Below are positions 46,192 to 56,101 of a stretch of 64,000 nucleotides of DNA, in pieces; position 1 is the first letter of the stretch, and each line of letters opens with the position of its first letter. Source of the stretch: a virus; the IMG/VR virus record IMGVR_UViG_3300035670_000044, positions 32,001 through 96,000 of that record. One strand, given 5' to 3'. The position numbers and the translations under genes are program-made. Below the pieces are notes generated by a model. That model worked only from the letters and a program-made list of their open reading frames with translations, searched no databases and had not been told where the DNA came from.

Positions 46192-49100
46192 GTGAATGGA
46201 CTATACCGCTGCCGGTGTGTTGTAGGGTATAGGCCGTACGCTAGCGATCGACTGATCGTGTTCAGTGAGCGGCAGGTAGCAAGTGTTAGCGTGAACCTGA
46301 AGTGGGATGCTAACAACATAACCCGAAACATGGACGGTAATACTGAGGCCGGACAGTTTGCAAATGCGTTGACCGGGTCGACAGCCAATGTCACGCTGTC
46401 CGACCCCTATATGACAGGGATCGCGTGGGCTGCCTTGTTCGATTCGGCTGCCGCGTACGGCAACTCCACCCAGGCGGCATGGAACAGCATCATGTTACCT
46501 CCGTGTAGTGAGAATGAGAATGAAGCGTCGGGCAAATGCCGCAAATACCCCGAGATCGACGACCCGATGTTGCGTAAGGCGGGATTCGGAGACTTCGCCC
46601 ACATCCTGATTAAGTTTTACTACGATGTGGCGGGAACAAAATTCGCCCTGGATACATACTTCAGGTTGCAGAATTTCTCCATACAGCACGGTAATGCCTA
46701 CCCTCAAGTCTCATTGCAGGGGGTAAACCCACAAACGGTTGTCTTCAACCAGTCACTGGTAAATTTCCAGCTCGAGGAGAACAAAACTCTGGAAGAAAAT
46801 CTCACCGAAATTGTTAACGACTACGGGTATAAGGTGTCATTCTGTACCGATCCGGAACAAAAAGAGACCAAGCGATACTTGATGCCCAAGGCGTTTAAAG
46901 AGAAGAGTGTTACGGCGTCTGAGGTATTGAAAAAGTACCTGGATAGTGTAGGGGGTACGATGCAGTCTTTGCCTACTCGCGAATACGCCAAGAAGATCTC
47001 TCTGTGTACCCGGGCCAACCTGAATCAGGGATGCTCGGTCTTCTATCTGGGCAAAGGCCTATACGAAAACTACACGATTACCGGAAACGTCGACCCGAAC
47101 ATTTGGAACCTAAATGCCGAATATAGTGTAGAGCGCGGACTGGGATACAACTACTCCGATGTGCCTTTAAGGGATGGGGAGAAATATACACTGTTTCCGA
47201 TCCGGTCTAAAGAACGTGAAGAGAAGCTCCGTAACGCCAACAAAGTAGCAACCTTTGGCTCGGAACAGTTTGCGGTATACAATAACCGGTACTCGAATAA
47301 GTTGAGTACTAGCGGTTATATTTGGCGCGAGAACGGTCCGAATATTATCACTGAGAGAAAGCAAAACACCAATATGTACGGTATAGGGGTTAACGGAAAT
47401 ACCCCTAAGGCGATGTTGGATGGCACGGTCATCACTCCCCCTAACGGGGCGGGCAGGGTTGTCATCGCCACTAACTATTTCCTTCGGTACTGCAATCGTG
47501 CCGACCCCAAGGTGTGTTGGAATACCGCCATCATGCAAGAGTCGGTCAACCTGGCCACTATTGCTGAGGGGCTGAAGGCGTACTCCAAGGTGAAGATCGG
47601 CGATGTGATCGGGACGGCGACCAGCGATAAGCCGGAGTTCATTCGGTTCTATGTTGGGGGAAACGGGTCGAGGGGGCGGGAGGTGACGATCACTCCGGGG
47701 TTGGTGTGGAAATACGCCATCCCGGTGGAGAAGCTCACTGAGGAGGAGAAGAAGAATATAGGACTGGAGAGCACGGCTGATACCCCGAGTGGTCCGGTAA
47801 CCTCCGCCCCGAGCGGGTCGTCAGCTTTTGCGGGGAGGGTAGGAAGTACCGGAAGCAGCACCGGACCTCACCTTCACGTAGAACTCTTCCTTGACTCTTC
47901 CACTGGGGGTAGGGGACAACCTATAACGTCTTCCGAAGTGGATCCATATGTTTCCATAGGTGGAACTCCTGCAAGCACTTGGGGGGTTTATTCACCCTAT
48001 GGCCCTCGGAGCGGAGGATTTCATTACGGTATAGACTTCTCTGGTCCAGGTCCGGGGGGTAAAAATATTAACAATCAAGATATAACAATAACCGGAGGGG
48101 CTGTGATTACTAAAGTCACTCCGAATAGTGGTGGTTTTGGCAATTCTGTGGAAATTAGGAGACCTGATGGGAAATATCTACTTCTGGCTCACCTAGCTGA
48201 CGGATCAACTAACAATGTCACCGGGACCCAGATCGGTACTGGATCGAAGGTTGCTACAGGGGTTCAAACCGCCCCCACATCTCTAGGGGCCGAACTCACC
48301 ACCTCGTTCCGGGGTATCCCGAGGGCATTGAGGATCGTACCGGGCCGGACCATCTTGTCGTTTGTCACCAAGTATGATGAGTGGGTGGAGCAGGGACGAC
48401 CTGCCAGTATCGATCCGGGAGTATGGATCGCCGGCAGGTTCTCGCGCTGGTTCGTGAAGGATGTTAACTACCAGTGGGGACAGGGGGACCTGCGCGTATC
48501 GGTGTCGGGAATTACCGACTGGGGTAACATCACCTCGAGGTTGAATGCACCGACGTTCGAAGAGTACCTGGAGGCATATCAAAATTCCGGAGACTTCACC
48601 GAAAAAACCATAGATTACTACGGATACATCCGGTCGGCTGGAGACTTGTGCTGGAAATTAAAAGACGGAAAAACATCTTGCGAGGTGATTTGCGAGGAAG
48701 CTCAGCAGTTCCAGAACTACTTGAGGGCTGGTCAGGACCAGAGCTCTGATCCCTCGGTTACGAGCAATTACCCTCCAGCCAATTGCCAATACACCGGGTC
48801 CAAATACCCCCGAGACCGGGTCAACGCAATCATCAACGCGGCGAGGCAGGGTGGCATTACTACGAGGTCGGGATACGCGGGGGTTGTAGGCAATGCCCTG
48901 GTCGAGTCTGGAGTGGCTCTTAGCCCTACGGCTGAAAATCCAGACACCAAAGCTTATGGTGTATTTCAATGGCTTGGTGGGAGACGTATAGGCCTAGAAC
49001 AATATGCGGCTAGCAAAGGAGCCTCTGCCAGCAGTTTTAATATACAAATGGAAAGATTCGTTCAAGAACTAAAAGGAGCTGACTTCCAGGGACCTGCAAC

Positions 49101-49254
49101 CGTACGAGCCCTAAACTCATCGGGGGACCCGTCTCAAGCTGCTTCGGAATTTAATCGACTGTTTGAGAGAGCACCCGGACAAAAGGAAGCAGAACGGCAA
49201 CAATATGCTAAAGAGATCTTCAACGACCTGAGCTGCCAATCGATCAACCCCTAA
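46192..49254 (+). CDS. Baseplate hub-like protein with an M23 peptidase insert and a C-terminal phage tail lysozyme
   Basis: GSTGSSTGPHLHVE, HYGIDF, GGFGNSV and LAHL (M23); AGVVGNALVESG..AYGVFQW..QAASEFNRLFER (tail lysozyme). The hub assignment is inferred from context. Confidence 0.75.
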   Translation: MNGLYRCRCVVGYRPYASDRLIVFSERQVASVSVNLKWDANNITRNMDGNTEAGQFANALTGSTANVTLSDPYMTGIAWAALFDSAAAYGNSTQAAWNSIMLPPCSENENEASGKCRKYPEIDDPMLRKAGFGDFAHILIKFYYDVAGTKFALDTYFRLQNFSIQHGNAYPQVSLQGVNPQTVVFNQSLVNFQLEENKTLEENLTEIVNDYGYKVSFCTDPEQKETKRYLMPKAFKEKSVTASEVLKKYLDSVGGTMQSLPTREYAKKISLCTRANLNQGCSVFYLGKGLYENYTITGNVDPNIWNLNAEYSVERGLGYNYSDVPLRDGEKYTLFPIRSKEREEKLRNANKVATFGSEQFAVYNNRYSNKLSTSGYIWRENGPNIITERKQNTNMYGIGVNGNTPKAMLDGTVITPPNGAGRVVIATNYFLRYCNRADPKVCWNTAIMQESVNLATIAEGLKAYSKVKIGDVIGTATSDKPEFIRFYVGGNGSRGREVTITPGLVWKYAIPVEKLTEEEKKNIGLESTADTPSGPVTSAPSGSSAFAGRVGSTGSSTGPHLHVELFLDSSTGGRGQPITSSEVDPYVSIGGTPASTWGVYSPYGPRSGGFHYGIDFSGPGPGGKNINNQDITITGGAVITKVTPNSGGFGNSVEIRRPDGKYLLLAHLADGSTNNVTGTQIGTGSKVATGVQTAPTSLGAELTTSFRGIPRALRIVPGRTILSFVTKYDEWVEQGRPASIDPGVWIAGRFSRWFVKDVNYQWGQGDLRVSVSGITDWGNITSRLNAPTFEEYLEAYQNSGDFTEKTIDYYGYIRSAGDLCWKLKDGKTSCEVICEEAQQFQNYLRAGQDQSSDPSVTSNYPPANCQYTGSKYPRDRVNAIINAARQGGITTRSGYAGVVGNALVESGVALSPTAENPDTKAYGVFQWLGGRRIGLEQYAASKGASASSFNIQMERFVQELKGADFQGPATVRALNSSGDPSQAASEFNRLFERAPGQKEAERQQYAKEIFNDLSCQSINP

Positions 49255-49260
49255 TCCGCC

Positions 49261-49818
49261 ATGCTCCTCATCAAGTCCATCCTCGGCATGTTCATGCGCG
49301 ACGTCATCGAGGACTCGATACGTGGTGTCGTCAAGCGAGAAGCGGTAGCACAACTGTCAGAATCGGTCCGGGCTGAATTTCTCCGAACCGTAGCGGAGGG
49401 CTACACTCGCGAAGTCACCCACAACATCGGACAATACGTCCGCTCGGTAGAGGCCATGTCCGTGGTGGTGTCGAGCGACAACACCGGAGAACGGCTATAC
49501 ACCGCCCTCCAGAGTTCACTGAAAAAGCTCGAAGTCGAGCTGGAACGTCAGGGTCCCGACTCCGCAGTGGTTAAATACCTGCAGGAGAAATACGGGGTAC
49601 GGGACGACCGGGCTAATGCTTACTCCGTGGTGGGTCTGCAACAACGTCCGGTATACTCAATGTTGTCAGGATACTCCGAATCTACCCAATCCGATCAGCC
49701 CTGGCTCAACCGTGCACTGGCCGACTCCCCTGAGATCGGGGAGGTCCTGGCCACCGAAGCGTCAAGGATCTTCGACAGGTTGTTCAGTAGCTCTACCGAA
49801 GTAGCGAGCTCCCTTTGA
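49261..49818 (+). CDS. Hypothetical protein
   Basis: 185 aa, directly after the lysin gene. Confidence 0.65.
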   Translation: MLLIKSILGMFMRDVIEDSIRGVVKREAVAQLSESVRAEFLRTVAEGYTREVTHNIGQYVRSVEAMSVVVSSDNTGERLYTALQSSLKKLEVELERQGPDSAVVKYLQEKYGVRDDRANAYSVVGLQQRPVYSMLSGYSESTQSDQPWLNRALADSPEIGEVLATEASRIFDRLFSSSTEVASSL

Positions 49819-50484
49819 GCTATTCTCGGAGGCGTCCAAGACCTGGAACTCCGCATGCAAGGCGTGATAGTCAAACCAGGACTCGGCCATTTCAACCGAT
49901 TCCAATCTGCACACCGTGCCGCGACACCTAACCGGTATTGTTTCCAGGTCAAACCCATTCTCCCTGCACCACTCCTCCACTAGACGGATAAACGGGTACA
50001 CATGATCTACATGATACGGCCCGAAGATCGGGCGTCCGGTCAACGACGACTTTATGACCGATTTTCCCGCAAACCGTCTCCGGTATTCCCTGATCTGCGG
50101 CTCGATAACATCCCTTAAAGCCCGCAACACCTCCCTACGATTGACTTTGCCCTGATCGGGTATGTTGGTATTGGGGAACATCGCCCGGACAACGACCTGC
50201 TTGCCCACCCACACCTCATGCCCGGAGTTAGGAGTGACAAGCACAATCCCTTTTACCCTCTTCCCGTTAAAGGACTTCTGAACGACCCTAAACTGCACTT
50301 GCCCCCTATCCATGATCCTGGAGAACCTTGAGATCCGCCTAAGAACATCAGACAGGAATGACGAATCGTCCTGTGATACCGTCAAACCGATCTCGTACCC
50401 CGATACTATCGCCGACCATCTCGCCCCAAATCTCTTCTTGTTGTACTGGACCCCCGCTACCTCTACGTACCTTCTGACGGACAT
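49762..50484 (-). CDS. Putative HNH-like endonuclease (possible DUF3223/DCL-like N-terminus)
   Basis: ALRDVIEPQI, YHVDHVYPF..., WFDYH..AEFQVLDASENSSKG (His-Me finger-like). Confidence 0.55.
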   Translation of the reverse strand: MSVRRYVEVAGVQYNKKRFGARWSAIVSGYEIGLTVSQDDSSFLSDVLRRISRFSRIMDRGQVQFRVVQKSFNGKRVKGIVLVTPNSGHEVWVGKQVVVRAMFPNTNIPDQGKVNRREVLRALRDVIEPQIREYRRRFAGKSVIKSSLTGRPIFGPYHVDHVYPFIRLVEEWCRENGFDLETIPVRCRGTVCRLESVEMAESWFDYHALHAEFQVLDASENSSKGARYFGRATEQPVEDP

Positions 50485-51182
50485 TCCGATTCTCCCAAAA
50501 TATAAGCCATTAGCTCACTAGTTTTTTTCCGTATCCCCTCGGAAGAGTTAACTCCGGGATATTTACGAAAAATCGTAGAATTTGCCCGTTTTTCGATGTA
50601 AGTATCTGACAAAAACTCGATTTCAATTTCAGGGAGGCAGAACAGACGATCGATGACACCCTGATAATCGTCTAGCATTCGGTCCAAATTGTCGTCATTC
50701 AGGTCAACGCTGTCTACAGGCATCTCTGTATCCTCGTTAATCTCGAGGAAAGTGGTCTGGTAAGCGGCTCGAGTCTCCGTGACCATCGAGATAGGAATGT
50801 CTGTCAACTTAGCCAATTCCTTGTCAGACATATCTGGATCGGATCCAATATGCTTTCTGATCCTCATGTAGCAGTCTGCGTATGTACGCGGAATCCTGAT
50901 CATCCTGGAGTGATCACGGAGGTAGTTAAGCACCTGGAAAGTAAGTGAGCGGTTTAGCCAAGTACTAAAGTTGGCCTTACTGGGGTCCCATTTGTCATAG
51001 AGTTTTACCATGGCCTCCAGGGCTACAGAGCGTAAATCCTCAAATGGAAGACCACTGAATTGTGATACTTTCCGGGCCGTATGTCCCGCTTTCCACATGT
51101 TCTCCCGGATATGCTTGTCCCGGGTCCTCTCATACTCTGACCGGTGTACACCTTTAAGGGGCTCTAGTTCTAATGGTCTCAT
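50463..51182 (-). CDS. Phage RNA polymerase sigma factor (SigF/FliA-like)
   Basis: Region 2: PFEDLRSVALEAMVKLYDKWDPSKANFSTWL..VLNYLRDHSRMIRIPR; region 3: ELAKLTDIP; region 4 is divergent. Confidence 0.85.
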   Translation of the reverse strand: MRPLELEPLKGVHRSEYERTRDKHIRENMWKAGHTARKVSQFSGLPFEDLRSVALEAMVKLYDKWDPSKANFSTWLNRSLTFQVLNYLRDHSRMIRIPRTYADCYMRIRKHIGSDPDMSDKELAKLTDIPISMVTETRAAYQTTFLEINEDTEMPVDSVDLNDDNLDRMLDDYQGVIDRLFCLPEIEIEFLSDTYIEKRANSTIFRKYPGVNSSEGIRKKTSELMAYILGESECPSEGT

Positions 51183-51183
51183 G

Positions 51184-51510
51184 TCAGTTCTTGCACGACC
51201 TGATTACGAAGTCCTTGAGTTGCGATGCGGGCATGATCCCCTCCCCGTTGAAGGCAACCAACTCGCATTCCGAATTGAAAACGGCGATCTCCGGTGTTCC
51301 GTTACCCGATTCACCGGGCACCAGGGTCTCCAAGAACTCCCAACTATCATCGAGGACATTCATTTCCCCCCAGCCCACCCGAAGCTCAGGGTACTCCTCG
51401 GACACTTCCCCAGCTACTTTCGCCCAAATGGGCTTCATAGCATCGCACGCTGGGCAGCCCGGTTGGGTAAATAAAACTACCCGGTACTTAAACTCACCCG
51501 TTTCAGACAT
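51184..51510 (-). CDS. Thioredoxin
   Basis: LFTQPGCPACDAMKP (CxxC) and GTP cis-Pro motif. Confidence 0.85.
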   Translation of the reverse strand: MSETGEFKYRVVLFTQPGCPACDAMKPIWAKVAGEVSEEYPELRVGWGEMNVLDDSWEFLETLVPGESGNGTPEIAVFNSECELVAFNGEGIMPASQLKDFVIRSCKN

Positions 51511-51541
51511 ACTACCTCCCCGTAGTTACGAGTACATACGT

Positions 51542-51550
51542 ACTATAGCA
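51542..51550 (-). promoter_or_regulatory. Host sigma70-type extended -10 (TGCTATAGT) for the thioredoxin-sigma-HNH unit
   Basis: In the intergenic gap upstream of a strong GGAGG RBS and ATG 51510. Confidence 0.55.
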
Positions 51551-51558
51551 CAATTTAC

Positions 51559-53139
51559 TCACAAGTAGTTAGTCCGTATTGATCCCCGTCCCAGTCTCCC
51601 AGTGGCCCTCTGTTGTCCTCCCTGGTAATTAGCCACAGGCAAGCGAATACGACTACCGCCGTGGGCAGCTTTAGATGAATTCATGATTTCATCCCGGTAA
51701 ATTTTAAGGCCAGCACAGAATGAGTCGGTAAAATCGTCGTGCTTAGTGTAGGGGAAAGCTGTTAGCTCAGACATGAACTGGGGCAGGTTGGGGATATCTG
51801 AGTAGATAGATACGCGACCATCTTCAGCAACAGGGGCAACCTCGTTGGCCCGAAGAACTTTATCTTTGCTAGGGATAATCTCCCTAACGGGGATCTGAAG
51901 CTCGGTTCTTAGCATCTGGATCAATGGCAACCCGGAAGCTCGAGCCTCAATATACAGAGTCCGTACCCTCCACATCTTCAACCACACAGGCATGGCTTTA
52001 AGTAACTCTGGGAACTCCATTTTCTCGGAATATACATGAAGCAAATGAAGTTTTCGGGTCTTCCTGACTACCCCGAACACGCAAATTACAGACGAGTCGT
52101 TCTCCTGACCCTTCTTCAGGGCAGTATCGGCAGTGGCGTAAACATACTCATAGTTTTCTCGATTTTTGTCATGATACTCAAACCAAAAATCCTTAAATAT
52201 CGCCCCACTCTCACCCCTCGGATTACCCTGATACAACACCTCGAACGTCTTTTCATCTTGCTTCTTAATGGACTCGAGAGCGGAGACCGGGAAAAACTCC
52301 GGCCAGTGAGATTCCCCAAGCTTCCTGCCCAGGGGGTCGGTCTCCTCATCAATACACAGGGCGGGGACGTTAAGTTGTTTCCATCCTTCCGGATCGCTGG
52401 CAATCAGCCTCCCAGACACATCCTCCTTATGGAACCTAGTTCCAATACTAGCCACGCAGTTATTGGGTAGACCTCTGGTTAAGAACTGAGTCGCGCACCA
52501 TGAGAATGTTGACTCCAGGACTTGAGAACTATTACCATCTTCCAGAAGGTCGTCGAGGATGCCAATACCTGGCAGGTCGTCTTCGCTGATTACTCCATAT
52601 CCAAACCCGGTAACACCGCCACCAGCCGATGCAGACATGATCAGGCCACCCTGCTCAGACCGCACCGTCTTCAGATTGGAGTTTTTCTCCAGGACCAGAC
52701 ATTCCGGAAATATCCAGTGAAATGCTTCGCTAGTGGTATACGCCAATATCGCCCTAGAGTTCTCCTGTGACAGCTTTAGAGCGTATGATGCCATAATCAT
52801 CTGAGCAGTAGGAGATCTCCCCATCTGCCAGCTAGGCATCAGCTTGCTGAGTAGCATAGATTTGCCCGTCCTGGGTGGTAGTGAGATCACCGTTCTTCGG
52901 TAATCCGGATCCCCATCACATATCTTTTGGACGTAATGACAAATCAGCTCATGCACTTTGTAGGGTACAAATGTTCCGCTGCTAGAAACTTCCCTGGTGA
53001 TAAATTTAGCGAACGTTGTGAATTCTGTGCGGCATCTTAACCGTAACAGCTCTTTTCTATCTTCAGTGCTGAGGTCATTGACCCTGGCGGTCATTTCGCG
53101 AACTCGGATCTTCTCCTCCGACAGTTGGATCTTATTCAC
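51559..53139 (-). CDS. terL: Terminase large subunit
   Basis: ISLPPRTGKS (Walker A), GILDD (Walker B), IGTRFHKED, LYQGNP, ADTA, YIEARASG, FPYTKHDDFTDS; likely GTG start at 53139. Confidence 0.93.
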   Translation of the reverse strand: MNKIQLSEEKIRVREMTARVNDLSTEDRKELLRLRCRTEFTTFAKFITREVSSSGTFVPYKVHELICHYVQKICDGDPDYRRTVISLPPRTGKSMLLSKLMPSWQMGRSPTAQMIMASYALKLSQENSRAILAYTTSEAFHWIFPECLVLEKNSNLKTVRSEQGGLIMSASAGGGVTGFGYGVISEDDLPGIGILDDLLEDGNSSQVLESTFSWCATQFLTRGLPNNCVASIGTRFHKEDVSGRLIASDPEGWKQLNVPALCIDEETDPLGRKLGESHWPEFFPVSALESIKKQDEKTFEVLYQGNPRGESGAIFKDFWFEYHDKNRENYEYVYATADTALKKGQENDSSVICVFGVVRKTRKLHLLHVYSEKMEFPELLKAMPVWLKMWRVRTLYIEARASGLPLIQMLRTELQIPVREIIPSKDKVLRANEVAPVAEDGRVSIYSDIPNLPQFMSELTAFPYTKHDDFTDSFCAGLKIYRDEIMNSSKAAHGGSRIRLPVANYQGGQQRATGRLGRGSIRTNYL

Positions 53140-56101
53140 AAGCCGTTTTCCTCTCTCGACCCGTAATGGCGTCGTATAGTGAGCTTTCACCTGGTGCGAG
53201 AGGGGTCGCAACACCGCTCACCAATCCAGTACCTTTTAGTACTTCCACCTGGCTGGGTGAAAGCACCGAGTCCAGTAGGGGTTGGGGCTGTGGAGATGTC
53301 TCGCCCAGTTTCGACTCAACACTGATCGCCAAAATCCTGTCCCGGTCAAACAAAGTGCGTTCGGAGGGGTAGGGGGACGGGATAGACGGACCATAGGTGC
53401 CTAGGACCGAGTTGTAGTTGATACCTGGTGTCAGGCCGCGCCACTCTCTATCCGCTGGGACAATCCCCCCCCGCAATATTTTCAGGGCCTCGGCGCGGCT
53501 CTTCCGGCCCAAGGCATCCAGACCGGGTATATTGGCGAACGAATCTGCCAGGTTCCGCGTCACCCTGACTCCTGCGCTCCCTCCATCTTTCACCTGATCC
53601 AATTTTTTCACAAACTTATACAGGTCCCGGATAGCCTGAGCGTTTTCCCGGACATCACCAAACAGGTTGGGGAGAATTCCACCACCACCCCTCTTATACA
53701 CAATGTTGGTGAGCAAGTTGTACATCGAGTCGATAAGCTTCCGTTCCACCGACTCCACACCAGTGATATTGTTGTCGGCGGTTTTAAACGACTTCTCAAC
53801 TGCTTCGAAAGTGTATGCGAGCTCGGCTAAATGCTCGGGGAGATCAGCAAACCTGGCCGCGTTAAACTTTTCGGCCATGTCCTTCACCCGACTTACCTGC
53901 TCAACCATCTTGGTTAGATCAGCTCGATTGGACGGGATAAGCTCTGATCCGACAGCCGTATCTGTCAGACCTTGCTCTGCTGCTACCGGGCCTGTATTGT
54001 TCGGAATTGGGACTCCGGACGGATTGTAGGAGTTAGAGTTGTTAGCCGTAAGTGCTCCGCACTTCTCAAGCAAATTATTCCCGTCGCTATCCTCTCCGTG
54101 CGAGACTTTACGACATTTGGGTCCGCATGGGCAGTCAGAAACCGAAGAAGATCCTGATCCGAATACTCCCCTCAGTCCATCAACCCCACCAATAATAGTA
54201 GCGGCGGCATTGAACCCACCACCGACAAGTTGGTTTAGTTGGTCGATCCCGATACCGCCATTCCCTAGCAGTTTTGTCATTGATTCGGACTGACCAATGA
54301 GACCTAAGGCGGTAGTGGCCAGAACCGGCAACGACCCCAACCCGGTCGGTAACTTCGACACGGCATCCAGGTTGGATAACGACCCGAACAGTTTCGGAAT
54401 TTCACCAAATGCTCCCGATGTCAACCCCGATGCCACATTACCCAACAGTGCCGGACTCACTACATTGGCCCCGATGGCAGTATTGATAATCCCGGTGACT
54501 GCACCGAGCAGTCCGCCACCAGTGGAGGAGTTAAGGATGGTCCCCAGGGCGGTGGGGTACGCCGACTCCAACAGACCCTGCGCAATGTCGATAACCGGAC
54601 CGACGTACTTGCTGACCTCGGGGGGTAGTTCATCCAACCCGACAGCCACCGCACTGTCGATAGCTCCGGCTATTCCACCACTCATCAGACCGGTCATAAC
54701 AGATGCGGATCTAGGCTCGAGAGTTAACAACGCACTCTGGAGGGTGTCTTGGCCGATCTGGAGCAATGCGGCTCCGGTATCCCCCGTTACAACCCCGTTC
54801 ACCAATACATCCGCTGCAGCACCCACCCCCGCCAAGATGGTCCCGGTCTCTGGTGTCAGTGAACCGTTATCATCAAGCTCCTCCCGGATCGTCTGGAACA
54901 GGGTTTCGATGGGAATACCGATCCGGCTAGACAACACCTCTCGGGCCGCTTGCTGCAGAGTATCGCCCCCGTCGAATGCGGTTGCCGGCACCAGTGATGC
55001 GGATTGCAGTAAGGCCCGCAGGGCCGGATCCGTGCCAGTGAGGGGAATGTTCCGAACCGTGGCGTCGAAAGCCACTCTGGCAACATCTCCAGAGACCCAA
55101 TCGTAGTTTGTAGACGCTAGCGTCTTTTCCTCCAACGCCTTAATCGGCTTATAGCTGGTCGTGAACTCAACACGGCTTAGCGGCTTGTCCTGGGTGTGAA
55201 ATTTGTGGGGAACACGTTGACCCTGCTTCACCCACTTCATCGAACCCTGGTACCGTTGACAGATCAACATCTCGGAGTTGTTTCCATCATCGAGTAGAGC
55301 CTCCATCCCATGAAGCTTCTCGGTGCAGTTCGGCATTGTGGTCCGGAAATACGTCGGTATCGCACTGCTTGGACGCCAACCCCACGATTTGTTCTCATCC
55401 CGTTGGCATATCATCTTGATGGTGCGGAAACTCCGGTCTTCGGAGAACTCGTGTTCCTCGCCAGCTAGCGCCTCACTGCACTCAGGGATGCCCGGGTTCC
55501 GCTTCTGTCCCTGTTCGATCGCCAGTGTGGTTTCGTTGCCGGGATTGACCCCCTTCTCAACCCACAACCCGTGGGTGAAGGATTTCCAGGCCCAGGCCGG
55601 CTTCGACCCCCCCTGCTTGCTAGTGCGGCGTAGACACACCACGACATCCTGATTCATCTCATTGCTGAGGACGTAAACTCGCCCCTGATTACCCTCGTTA
55701 CAAGACATTCCCTGGTCGGTGGAACCATTCCACACCGCCATACTCTCATCGATTACGGGGAGTTGTAGTGGGTTGCCGTTAATCCCCACATCCGGATCGC
55801 TACGTATTACACCGATTACATACATGTCGTCCGAGCGACCACTCCGTTTACCGATCAGAACCTGCGCCCCGATATACCTAGCGCTCAACGTCCCACTATT
55901 TGACCCGGAGACAGGTATCCAAGACGATGTGATCTGGTCATCGGTCCTCACCTTAACCCTGCCCAACTTTAGTGGGTCGTTAACATCCGAAATTACCCCC
56001 TCCTCGTTGAAGGGATCGGAATACGGGACGCCAAGGGTTTCAATAATCCTAGTCTGGGTTTGCGCTATAGACGCTATAGGAATAAAAGGATTCTTGTTCA
56101 A
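53132..56101 (-). CDS. gp5/gpV-like baseplate spike protein with a long C-terminal extension
   Basis: N-terminal OB-fold GVISDVNDPLKLGRVKVR..SSWI; lies in the baseplate operon. Confidence 0.7.
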   Translation of the reverse strand: MNKNPFIPIASIAQTQTRIIETLGVPYSDPFNEEGVISDVNDPLKLGRVKVRTDDQITSSWIPVSGSNSGTLSARYIGAQVLIGKRSGRSDDMYVIGVIRSDPDVGINGNPLQLPVIDESMAVWNGSTDQGMSCNEGNQGRVYVLSNEMNQDVVVCLRRTSKQGGSKPAWAWKSFTHGLWVEKGVNPGNETTLAIEQGQKRNPGIPECSEALAGEEHEFSEDRSFRTIKMICQRDENKSWGWRPSSAIPTYFRTTMPNCTEKLHGMEALLDDGNNSEMLICQRYQGSMKWVKQGQRVPHKFHTQDKPLSRVEFTTSYKPIKALEEKTLASTNYDWVSGDVARVAFDATVRNIPLTGTDPALRALLQSASLVPATAFDGGDTLQQAAREVLSSRIGIPIETLFQTIREELDDNGSLTPETGTILAGVGAAADVLVNGVVTGDTGAALLQIGQDTLQSALLTLEPRSASVMTGLMSGGIAGAIDSAVAVGLDELPPEVSKYVGPVIDIAQGLLESAYPTALGTILNSSTGGGLLGAVTGIINTAIGANVVSPALLGNVASGLTSGAFGEIPKLFGSLSNLDAVSKLPTGLGSLPVLATTALGLIGQSESMTKLLGNGGIGIDQLNQLVGGGFNAAATIIGGVDGLRGVFGSGSSSVSDCPCGPKCRKVSHGEDSDGNNLLEKCGALTANNSNSYNPSGVPIPNNTGPVAAEQGLTDTAVGSELIPSNRADLTKMVEQVSRVKDMAEKFNAARFADLPEHLAELAYTFEAVEKSFKTADNNITGVESVERKLIDSMYNLLTNIVYKRGGGGILPNLFGDVRENAQAIRDLYKFVKKLDQVKDGGSAGVRVTRNLADSFANIPGLDALGRKSRAEALKILRGGIVPADREWRGLTPGINYNSVLGTYGPSIPSPYPSERTLFDRDRILAISVESKLGETSPQPQPLLDSVLSPSQVEVLKGTGLVSGVATPLAPGESSLYDAITGRERKTACE

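Noticed and set aside
49762-50484. Intron-encoded homing endonuclease
   Set aside because: The flanking genes are complete and no split gene or intron structure is apparent.
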